41,346 nucleotides of DNA from Neovahlkampfia damariscottae. Its lineage: Eukaryota. The stretch covers positions 1 through 41,346 of the forward strand of contig JABLTG010000170.1 of assembly GCA_016618085.1 (NCBI GenBank), in the 5' to 3' direction. The position numbers and the translations under genes were made by a program. Below are positions 1 through 10,411 of the stretch, piece after piece; the first letter of the stretch is position 1, and each line of letters begins with the position of its first letter. A model generated the notes under the pieces. It ran no database searches. It saw only the letters and a program-made list of their open reading frames with translations, and was not told where the DNA came from.

Positions 1-1
1 A

Positions 2-331
2 AGAGCAAGGAAGATTAGAAGTAAAACAGCAAGAAATTTAATTACATGGTCACATTTCTCTTTTAGACAAAGATTGATGAATAAATTAAAAGAATATCCA
101 GAATTATCTCTCAAAGTAGTTACAGAAAAATACACTTCAAAGACATGTGGTCAATGTGGAAAAATACATCAAAAACTTAATGGAAACAAGACATTTATTT
201 GCCCAAGTTGTTCCTATAAAGCAGATAGAGATTTGAATGCTGCAAGAAATATAATGATCAAATCTTTAAATATGAGTCAATACCTTTATGGTGTTGATGT
301 TGAAACCCAACTCCTTTCTACTCCATTTTGA
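2..331 (+). CDS. C-terminal part of a TnpB/Fanzor (Fanzor2, IS607-like) RNA-guided RuvC nuclease; 5'-truncated by the window edge
   Basis: Frame is open from position 2: ...RNLITWSHFSFRQRL...VTEKYTSKTCGQCG...FICPSC...DRDLNAARNI. This contains the RuvC-II Glu, the CxxC..CxxC zinc ribbon and the RuvC-III DRDxNAARNI motif. Confidence 0.92.
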   Translation, partial: RARKIRSKTARNLITWSHFSFRQRLMNKLKEYPELSLKVVTEKYTSKTCGQCGKIHQKLNGNKTFICPSCSYKADRDLNAARNIMIKSLNMSQYLYGVDVETQLLSTPF

Positions 332-392
332 GTAGATTGCAAGACTGGTGGAAATGATCATTTTGGTCACTTTTGCCAGTTTATAAGTGGGT
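305..392 (+). ncRNA. Putative Fanzor omegaRNA scaffold 3' part and element right end
   Basis: Hairpin TCTACTC(317-323)/GAGTAGA(330-336) spans the stop codon. A long hairpin at 344-380 has several G-U pairs. The position overlapping the nuclease 3' end is typical for TnpB/Fanzor. Boundaries are approximate. Confidence 0.6.
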
Positions 393-418
393 GAAATAAA
401 AATAAATTAGAAAAATAT

Positions 419-995
419 TTATTTTTTTGTCTTGATTTTTTTGATTTCACTTGCGAACCAACTTACACCATCATGAATTTCGTCTCCAGATACAGTTGAA
501 CAACCAACGTTTTTCCATGTTCTTTTTCCTAATAATTTGGAAAGTTCCAAGATTTCAGCAAGTTCATCCGGTTTTTTTGCATCACTTGCATCTTGTTTAT
601 TACAAACAACTAAAAATGGTTTTTGTCTGAGATCTGTTGATTGAAGTGCTGTTTGGAGCATCTCTTTAACTTCTTCAAGTTCGTTTTCGTCATTTGTTGA
701 GTCAATAACCCAAACTATTCCATCAACTTCCTTGTAATATTTAGCCCATAAATCTTGGTATTTTGTTTGACCAGAAATATCAAAAGCTGTAAATTCAACT
801 GATTTGTCTTTTATATAACGTACACTGTGTCCAACTGAAGGTTGTGGTGGATCACCAGAAACTGGTTTATAATTATTTTCACAGAATTTGATAATGCTAG
901 TTTTTCCGGCACCTTTTTTAAATTTGTAAGTGGAATAATTTTTCCTAACCTGAAGAACCAAGAAATAAAATTGTTGACTTAATTGTTTGACCCAT
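419..995 (-). CDS. Arf-like small GTPase, ARL6/BBS3-like; one 37-nt intron (913-949)
   Basis: Spliced N-terminus is MGQTIKSTILFLGSSGAGKTS. Motifs FTAFDISGQ, LWxxYY and NKQD are present, with an N-terminal Gly for myristoylation. Confidence 0.85.
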
Positions 996-1032
996 GTTTA
1001 TTCTGAAAAATTGTTGTGGTAAACAGAAGCGT

Positions 1033-1066
1033 TGATTGGTTAAATTTGTTTTCATTTAACCAATCA
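1033..1066. promoter_or_regulatory. Perfect 13-bp inverted repeat carrying two opposed CCAATCA boxes, between divergent genes
   Basis: TGATTGGTTAAAT (1033-1045), an 8-nt spacer, then ATTTAACCAATCA (1054-1066). Confidence 0.6.
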
Positions 1067-1306
1067 TGATATAGAAAAATAAATTGGAAATTGGTTTTTT
1101 TGTCATTTTTTTGAAAGTATATCAGAAAATATCGAAATTGACTCATGAACGAATTATTTTTCTTGATCAAGAAACTGATGAAAGAGTGAATTTCAAACTG
1201 CCTTCAACTTGTGTAGTTATTTCAAAACATATCAAAAACGTCCAAATACATTTAGGTTCTAATTGTGAATTTTTTTTTGACCAATTAACTGCCCAACGGT
1301 TCTTCG

Positions 1307-2509
1307 ATGCTCATTTCCACAACAACAAAAAATTTTGTTTTTTTGATATTCTTCATCTTTATAATTGTCACTCCATTGACCACCTACATTTATAAAAAAG
1401 TGAAACGAAGAGCAGAAATTATGGTAGAACCTAATCAAATGAAAATTTTTCCTTTTGCTTCACGAGACTTCTTGAAGAAAAATAATATACTGCCCAAAGC
1501 AATAAAAAAGAAATACAATAATAGTTTTTTAGAAAAAATAACAATTTCTACTCAATTAACACCAGAAAGATTATCAAGATTAGAAGAAATATCAAATTTT
1601 TGGAATTACAAAATTAGTGCAGTGTTGTATATACTACTATATGATCACGATTTATCTGAAATTGACACAAATGAATATTTACAAAAAATTTATGAACAAC
1701 ATCCACAAATTTTACACACAGTCGATATACATTTGGTTTTTGGAAAAACTGTATCGAAAGAATATCCTTTAAATACACTCAGGAATATTGCTTGGAACTA
1801 TGTCGATACAGAGTTTATTTTTTTATTGGATGTGGATTTTATTCCATCAACAAATTTTGACTTGACTTTCAAACATTTGAAACCGAATTTTTTGAAGAAA
1901 TTATCAAATTCAAAAAGTTTATTTGTTGTTCCTGCATTTCATTTTAATTGTTCTGATGTTACAAATATTAGAACTTGCGAAGTTTCAGAACCAATTTTAC
2001 CTTTGCATCCATCACACAACGCAACAGATATTGAAAAATGGAAGAACTCAACTGAACCTTTTAAAATTAAATACAGATTTTTGTATGAACCATATGTGAT
2101 TGCAAATACCAATATTACTAGATACAATGAATTATTTGACATTGGAAATGATAAAGTATCACATTTTTATGAATTGGCAGCTCAGAAATACGAATTTTTC
2201 ATTTTACCATACGTATATATTGCACATTTACCACATACAGAAAGTGTTAAATGGTCTTTGGAATCCAATATTTATGATCCTTTGAGAGCGTGGTTCAAGT
2301 TGGCAAAATTTATGAGAGAAATAGCAAAGAAGTATGACTATAATTATTTTTGTACAATGACAATATCTGAAGAAGATGAAGCTCAAATACCTCGTATTTT
2401 TTTTTTTTTTTAATTTTAATCTTTTTCAGATGTCATGCGAAGAGTTAGAAGGGTATGCAATTCATTATGCGAAAATGCTTGTTCAGACAATTTTACACTG
2501 AAACCATAA
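1307..2509 (+). CDS. GT49 family glycosyltransferase (LARGE C-terminal domain/B4GAT1-like), type II membrane protein; intron 2394-2429
   Basis: N-terminal TM anchor, then TQLTPERL, YPLNTLRNIA, the DxD motif LLDVDFIPS and YEPY. The spliced last exon ends at TAA 2507-2509. Confidence 0.85.
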
Positions 2510-2810
2510 AAAAAGAGGTCAGTGAAGTATTGGATAAAGTAATCATAATTCATAAAGCCATGCGAAGATTTTTTTCATCATTCACAATTAAAGAATTTTT
2601 TTTGAATTTAGTTATTTCAAAATTGATTCATGAAAATTATGGGATATTTTTTTTGAATTGTTGAAAAATTGAAAAAAAAATAAAAAACTATTCAAATTAA
2701 AAAAAATTTAAAAATGCAAAAAATTTTTTCTAAATTTTAATTGACCAATCAACAATCAACTAATTTTTTAACCAATAATATTTCTCAATAAAAAAAAAGA
2801 GTGATTGAGC

Positions 2811-4373
2811 ATGTTCGGAAGTAAGAAGAGCAGTATCAAAAAACCCTCCAAAAAAGAAGAAGAGACAGGAAAATTTGAACTTTCTACAGTTTCAAAACCT
2901 GTTTTATATGTCGAAGTTTTACAAGGAAGAAGACTTGGAAAAAAAGATGCATTAGCTCAAGTAACACTTGGAGAATTAGAAGTAAAAACGTCACCATATA
3001 AAGCAACTGATGCACCTCAATGGAATCAAAAATATATTTTTGATGTTGCTTCTGAAAATTTAAATTTAAATGTTGCTGTACTGGTAAAAAAGACAGTTCT
3101 AGGACAAGTCACAATACCACTTTCAAAATTAAAAGATGAAAAAGTTCTTTATAAATGGAATCCAGTTGTTGGTGGACAAGGAGATATTTTATTAAAAGTA
3201 CAATATTGTTATTCAGATCATGGAAAAATGCATTTATTAAAAGAACAACTCACAATTAATTATTATGATGAACTTGAAGAAATATTAGGTGGTGTAAATC
3301 CAAAATTATTTCCAGTTATTTTTGACCATGCAAAATGTGTTCCAAGTAAAAGAGAAGTTGACGCAATTGTTCATACAATGGTTAGAGTACCAGAGATAAA
3401 AACAAAAGAAATTATTGAATTTGTTGTTCAAACTGAAGTAAAGCAATCAGAAACACCAGGAACTCTTTTTAGAAGAAATTCACTTGCAACAAAAATGATT
3501 GGTGCTGTTTTGGCAACTTATGGTCGAAAATTTTTAAAACAACTTTTAGAAGAGTTCATTACAGATTTAAATAAAAATAATGAATCACTTGAAGTAGACC
3601 CAAATAAAGTAAAAAATAAAGAAGATGCTGAAAAGAATATGGAAAAACTTCAACTTATAATTGAAGGTTTAATTGAAAAATTAATTAATTCTGTAAATGA
3701 TATTCCAATGTAAGAAAAAAAAACGAAAAAAATTAATTTTTTTTTTAAAAGTGAAATTCGACAAATTACAACAATTCTTTATGAAGAATGTGCAAAGAAA
3801 TTTAAAGATTCAATTAGAATAGCTATTGGTGGTTTAATTTTTTTAAGATTTATTTGTCCTGCAATTACAACTCCAAAAGGAATTGTTATAGATGATGATA
3901 TTCAACCAAATGCTCGTAGAACTCTATTATTAATAACAAAAATTCTTCAAAATCTTTCAAATGGAGTTAGGTTTCAAAATAAAGAACAATTCATGATTCC
4001 AGCAAATGATACGTTAGAAAAATTTCATGAACCAATTGGAAAAATGTTACAAGCAATTCCAATTCATGAAGATGAATTTAAAGTTAAAAAAGCAAAAGAA
4101 ACAGGTTCTATGGATTTTCAAAAAGCTATTATGATTACGAATTTAGACGTCGCTGATCTTTGGTCTTTGTACGTTGTTCACATTTATTTTTATAATAATT
4201 TAAAAATTATCAAAGAAGAAACAGATCTTGGTATGTTTTCATTGCCGGTTACAGAACCAAAAGAATTTGAATTTGCTTTGTCAGAAATTTCAAAAGAAGT
4301 CGAAAATCTTGGTAGACCAACTTCAACTGATCCAGATGAAACAAAATTGATAAAACCACCAAAAAAAAAATAA
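2811..4373 (+). CDS. C2 domain + RasGAP protein; intron 3710-3751
   Basis: N-terminal C2 domain (VEVLQGRRL, PQWNQ), TLFRRNSLATKM, and after splicing the RasGAP signature FLRFICPAI. Confidence 0.9.
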
Positions 4374-4612
4374 AAAAAATCTGATAAAAAATTATTTATA
4401 TTTTCTTGAAGTAACTTTTTGAATTTGATCATTTTGATGGTTATAAAAATACTACTCTATTTGCAAATGGCTGACAAAAATCTAAGAATTTTAAATCAGT
4501 AGAGCGACTTAGTGGTTCTAACTCCTTTGAGCAGTGCAGTGGTCTAGTTTCAGTTAAAAAAAATCAGCAGTTGAAGCTTTAGTATTTGATGGTAATATAT
4601 TCAGTAGTTTAA

Positions 4613-4682
4613 GGGTTAGTTTTGGAGTGAAAAATAAGTTAAAAAAAATCAGTATGAAATGGGTTAGTTTTGGAGTGAAAAA
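4613..4682 (+). repeat. 22-bp exact direct repeat GGGTTAGTTTTGGAGTGAAAAA (4613-4634, 4661-4682)
   Basis: Read directly from the sequence. AGTTAAAAAAAATCAG also occurs twice (~4552 and ~4637). Confidence 0.8.
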
Positions 4683-4766
4683 GTGAAAAACAAGTTTTTA
4701 TTTTCTTCCAATCATTTTTTTTTTTTCATCCTCTTTTTTTTTGAACCACAAAACAATCAATAAAAA

Positions 4767-6630
4767 ATGACAGAAGAAAATGAAACTATGGAAAGAACAT
4801 CAAGAATATTTGTTACTAATTTACCAAAATATTTTGATACAAAACAGTTGACTAATTTTTATGAACAATATGGTGAAGTTACAGATTGTCAAGTTATCAG
4901 AAAAACGTAAATAAAAATGGAAATTTTAAATATTTTACAGTGGAGGTGAATCAAGAAGATATGGATTTGTTGGTTTTAAAACTGAAGATGAAGCAAAGTT
5001 TGCAATTGAAGAAACTAATCAGACATTTATTGATACATCAAGAATTCAAGCTTCTTTTTCATCTATTAAAGAAGAAAAGAAATCAAAAAAAGTGAATAAA
5101 TCAAAAGAAACAACGAACAAAGATTTAGAATTTTTAAAAAGCAAAACTGTAGAAACGGAAGACGAAGAGAAAAAAGATGAAATTAAAGAAGACTCAGGAA
5201 GAATATTAGTTACTAATTTACCTTATACAACAACAGAAGAAGAATTAGAAGAACACTTTAAAAAATTTGGAGACATTACTGAAGTTCATATTTGTATAGA
5301 TAAAGAGACAAAAAAATCAAAAGGTAAAAAGATTCTTATTTTAAATTTATAAGGAATGGCTTTTATATTATTTATGATTCCTGAATGCTCAAAAAAGGCT
5401 TTAAATGCACATAAGAAAATATTTCAAGGTAGGATAATAAAAGTAATTGAAGCAGAACCACAACCACAGAATAATTTTTCATTAATGAACGAATCAGATT
5501 CATCTTCCTATAAAAAGAAATTATTAGCAAAAAAGAAAAAAACGGCTAGTGATTCAAAAAATTGGAATTCTTTATTTATGAAATCAGATACAGTCGTAGA
5601 TTCAATTTCAAAACAATTAAATTTAAGCAAATCAGATATTTTAGATCAAGATGCTGATAATATGGCTGTAAGAGTGGCTTTAGGAGAAACTGAATTAATT
5701 AAACAAACAAAAGAAGATTTAGCGAAAGAAGGTATTGATTTTGATACCAAAAATGAAAGATCAAAAAAAATGTTATTAATTAAAAATCTACCAAAAGATA
5801 CAACTGAAAAAGAATTATTTGATATGTTCTCCCAAAGTGGAAATGTAAGTCGAGTTGTTATTCCAAGAAGTCAAACTATTGCATTAGTTGAATATAATGA
5901 AGCATCAGAAGCTAGAAGTGCATTAAGATTTTTTGCGTATAAAAATTTTAAACATGTTCCATTATTTCTTGAATGGGCTCCTGTTGTAAAAACTAAAAAA
6001 AAAGATGAAATTGTTAAAATTACAGAGAATGAAACTCAAATTGATGATCAAGAATCAGCTGTTTTGTTTATCAAAAATTTAAATTTTACAACAACAAAAG
6101 AAACATTGGAAGATTTATTTCAAAAATTTGGAAAAATTAGAAAATTTACATTATTACAAGGATATGGTTTCATTGAATTTGATAATTTAAGAAATGCAAT
6201 AGAAGCTAAAAATCAATTAAATAATCAAGTTATAGATCAACATCAAATTGTTATTCAATTTTCAAATATTCAAAAAAAACAACCAACAGAAAAACAAAGA
6301 AGAGAATTGAAATTTAGAAAATTAGTTGTCAAAAATTTAGCATTTGAAGCAACAAAAAAAGATATATTTCAATTATTTAGTCCATTTGGAGAAATCAAAC
6401 TTGTAAGATTACCTCAAAAAGTATCAGGAGGACATAGAGGATTTGCATTTGTTGAATTTACATCATCAGAAGAATGTGGAAATGCATTTGAATCATTAAA
6501 GAACAGTCATTTATATGGAAGACATTTAGTTTTACAAATAGCAGAAGATGATGAATCACAGTCAAAAAAAAGACAAAGAGAAGAAGATAGATTTGGTGGT
6601 GATCAAAATGAACAAAAAAAAAGAAAATAA
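4767..6630 (+). CDS. RBM19: Multi-RRM pre-rRNA processing protein RBM19/Mrd1; introns 4907-4940 and 5324-5353
   Basis: SRIFVTNLP...SRRYGFVGF...FIDTSRI, WNSLFM, AVRVALGET, PLFLEWAP and HLYGRHLV are present, with five RRMs. Confidence 0.92.
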
Positions 6631-6637
6631 AAAAACT

Positions 6638-7943
6638 TCATTTTATTGATAATACATGTTGTTGAATTGAATTTAAATTGATCAATAACCTTTTTAATGC
6701 CTTAGTCCAATTAATATCATTGTGTGAATATTTTACACACAAATTACCAACTGTGTGATTATCACAATTAATTCTATGAAAAAATGAAAATATTGTTAAT
6801 TCTTACGGGTAATGTAATTTAAAATTGACTATTTTTTTTTGTACAAATTGACATAATTCATCAAGACAAGATAAAAAAGCAGATATTCCTGCATTGAAAT
6901 TTGAAACATACATTGTTGATTTCATGAATCTAAATTGATTTAAATGTTGAATTTCTTACAAATCTTCTTTTGATGATGTTAATAAATTCAATATTTTTGA
7001 TTCTGATCCTAAATGAATAAATTGATATTTACTGAATGCGTATTTGAACTTTTTAGCTAAAATATCAACTAATAACACAACATGACTATATGCTGAATTG
7101 AATTCATCCCATTCTACATATGGTTCAACATGTCTTCCAAATCTCAATCCATTAATAGTTCCTGTAAAATTTGTCAAAATATTCATCATCAAATTTTACC
7201 ATAATCACCATCATGCCAAATATAAAACAATTTATTAATGATGCTCTGAGATTCCTTTTTTAATAAAAATTCATAATATCCATTTTTGAATTCAGTAGAA
7301 TTTTTTGATTCAAGTAAGTTTTGTGTATTCTCAAAATTTTGAAAATGAAAATTCCAAAAATTTTTTTTTTGTTTTTCAATTTCAAATGATTTAGAAGTTA
7401 GTTTTTTTAATGATAATTCTAAAAAATCGTTTTTTTTTTGTAAAGTTTCAATTTCTGATAAGATTTTTTTCTCTTCTTCTTTTGAGTTATTTTTTGATTT
7501 TTCACATTGATTTTGTTCTTCATTGTTTAATAAATTCATTAATTCTTGTTGTTTTTCTAATTCTTTTAATAACTCTTCTTCTTCTTCATCTATAATAATT
7601 TTTAATTTTTCTGAACAAGGGACACAAAGTTGTTTCATTTCTTTTGGATCCATTAATGAATTATTTAAGCATCCTAATTCTTCATTGATTATTATACTTT
7701 AAAAATTAAGTTTATAATATTTTATACTTTTCATTATTTAGGACACCTTCAATGGAAATTGATTTTTCTTCATAATCTTCTTGTTCTGGATTTAATAAAA
7801 TAAAAGATTCAGTTATATTTGGACTTGGTGATCTTTCTTGAATGATTTTAGAGTATTCTTTTAGTACCTAAAAATATTGGAACTGATTTGAAGTAACTGG
7901 TTGTTTTTTGGCATTTAATGCACTTTGTTGTTGTTTGATTCAT
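6638..7943 (-). CDS. ATG6: Beclin-1/Atg6 (Vps30), multi-exon
   Basis: ESFILL, a coiled coil, FYIWHDGDYG|TINGLRFGR...EWDEFNSAY and C-terminal WTKALKRLLINL. ATG at 7943, TGA at 6638-6640. Confidence 0.88.
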
Positions 7944-7996
7944 TACAAGAAGATGATTGGTTGATGAAGTTGAAATAATGATAAAAAAAAATTCTT

Positions 7997-8767
7997 TTAA
8001 TAAATTCCAGGAATCCAAAATGATGTTTTTTTTGAGTATTCTTTGAATTCTTTATATCTTGATAATGATTTGTCTTTTCTTTTCATATTAGGAATCCAAA
8101 CAGTGATGATGCCACTAAGAACAACAATCAACGGAAACCAATGTTTTGCTAACATACTAAATCCTGTATAAATCAACAATTCACCAAAATAATTAGGATT
8201 TCTTGAAATACTCCAAATCCTTTTCGTGATCAGATTTCCTTTATTGTACTCTAATTCTACTGTTTTTTGCATATCTTAAAATTGAGTTAATATTGATTAA
8301 TATATTCTAAAACCTGAAGCAAAATGAAAAAAAATGCCAAAGGAATAAATGATAATGCATAAAAACAAATACCAATTTTCAACTGTAACTGAGTAATAGC
8401 TAATAATAAAACCTACCCATTTAAACTTTTTTAATTACTTTACCTGGTGACCAAAATAATATTAAACCTTTGATTATATCAATTTAATTTTTAGATTACC
8501 TGTGGTGACATAAATTTCCCACAAAAAACTTCCAGGTTGTTCCCAGCTTGAATCACCAAACCAATGTGATTTTAATGCCCAAAATATACCATATGAACCA
8601 TGTAACGCAGTATAAACCTTTTTCATTTTTTTTAAAATTTTTTTGTTTCTTTATACCCACATTGTTGTGTTTTCTGTTTGACTCATCCAAAAAAGAAGAA
8701 ATAATTGAACAGGTAATGTCAACAGTTTAAAGGTATCAATTATATATTTCATTTTGGAGACTATCAT
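7997..8767 (-). CDS. DUF1295/steroid 5-alpha-reductase-like membrane protein, multi-exon (start 8767 or 8752)
   Basis: LYTALHGSYGIFWALKS in an upstream exon. The last exon has WSISRNPNYFGELLIY and SLSRYxEF. Confidence 0.8.
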
Positions 8768-8865
8768 GATCAAACAATTTTTTAATTGGTTGATTTTCTC
8801 ACTATGAAGAAAACAGAAAAATTTTAATGGAAAACAAGGACAATTACAAAAAAGAATAAGAAATT

Positions 8866-9072
8866 ATGAAAGATTACAAAGATAAATATGTCTCCTTTTC
8901 AAATGGAAAAGTTATAGGTCATGCAGAAACATCTGAGGGCTTATTGAAGTTTACAGGTGATGATACAACCATTTTTACAATTCAAGTCGGAAAAGAAAGA
9001 TCCAAACCATCTATGGATGAAATACTTTTGTTAAGTGATTTTCTTTCAACAGCATCAAATTCTAAAACATGA
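8866..9072 (+). CDS. Small ORF resembling DUF5678-type domains; possibly a remnant
   Basis: YKDKYVSFSNGKVIGHAET...FTIQVG pattern. An in-frame stop lies just upstream. Confidence 0.35.
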   Translation: MKDYKDKYVSFSNGKVIGHAETSEGLLKFTGDDTTIFTIQVGKERSKPSMDEILLLSDFLSTASNSKT

Positions 9073-9138
9073 TTCTGAACAAAAGTTTTTATTTTATACT
9101 TCAACCAATCACAATCTGTTCTTGTACTTTTGTTCGCA

Positions 9139-10400
9139 ATGTTTTTTGACAATAAGAGAGAAGAAATTTTGAAATTAGCTAAAAAAGAGACTCCTTTGTT
9201 TATTTATGACCTTCCAAGCATCGAAAAACAAGCATCTACACTCTTAGAAGCATCAAAAAATGTAATTCACAAAATTTTTTATGCAATAAAAGCAAATTCA
9301 AACTTAAAAGTACTTCAAACCCTTCATAAATTAGGATTTGGATTCGAATGTGTATCAATTGGTAATTTTTAAAATTGACTAATTTTGTTTCATTTCCAGA
9401 GGAAGTTGAATTTTTATTACAACATTTTGAAGGCATTGATAAGAAGGACATTTTATTCACACCTAATTTTGTTCCTATTGAAGAGTATAAAAAAGGTTTA
9501 GAACATGATGTGAATTTGACAGTTGACAACATTTATCCAATTGAAAATCATCCTGAAGTGTTTTCTAATAAAAAGATCTTTTTAAGAATTGATACAACAC
9601 AAGAAGGAAAAGGACATCATATTAAAGTCCAAACTTCAGGTGTCAATTCTAAATTTGGAATTCCTTATGATGATGTGAAAGAAGTTTTTGAATTAACAAA
9701 AAAATACAACATTGAAATTATTGGATTACGTAAGATTAAAGTCAAATAATTAAACTTTAGATGCTCATGTTGGAAGTGGTATTTTAGATGACCATGAAGT
9801 TTGGTCAAAAAATTTAGAAAGATTAAATGCATTAGTTGAGTCATTTTTTCCAAAAGTTGAATTTATTGATGTTGGTGGTGGATTAGGTGTTCCTTATAAA
9901 CCAAATGATCAAATTTTAAATCTTGAAACTGTAATGAAAAATCTTTCAAATTTGAATTCAAAAATTAAATTAATAATGGAACCTGGAAGATTTGTTGTGT
10001 GTAATTCTGGAATTCTTTTGACAAAAGTAACTCAATTAAAGAAAAAATCAAAAAATAACTTTTATGTTGGAGTAAATACAGGAATGAATTCATTAATGAG
10101 ACCATGTAACATTTTAATTAATATTTAACTTTTTTTTTTGAAGGTTTATATGAATCGTATCATCACATTATCAATTTTTCAAAAATGACAGAATATAAAA
10201 ATGAAAATGAAATGATTGAATGTGATATTGTTGGAAACATTTGTGAATCAGGTGACATTTTAGGAAAGAATAGAAAATTACCAAAAAGTACAACAGAAAA
10301 TGATATTTTACTCATACAAGGAGCAGGAGCTTATTGTGAAACAATGGTATTGGATAATTATAATATGAAAAAAAAACCAAAAGTTATTGTTTTTGAATAA
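9139..10400 (+). CDS. lysA: Diaminopimelate decarboxylase (PLP fold III); introns 9362-9399, 9730-9760, 10106-10143
   Basis: FYAIKAN (PLP Lys), FECVS, SKFG, HAHVGSG, DVGGGLG, EPGRFVV, GNICESGD and AGAY. Splicing restores a single frame. Confidence 0.92.
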
Positions 10401-10411
10401 AGTCATATTCT

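Noticed and set aside
1084..1395. 103-aa ORF upstream of the glycosyltransferase
   Set aside because: Non-ATG start, overlaps the GT49 start in another frame, and has no recognisable motif.
4490..4530. Second tRNA gene
   Set aside because: tRNA-like words are present, but no acceptor or anticodon stems and the spacing is wrong.
4613..4682. Telomeric repeat (GGGTTA)
   Set aside because: Only single GGGTTA words inside a 22-bp repeat, with no tandem hexamer array.
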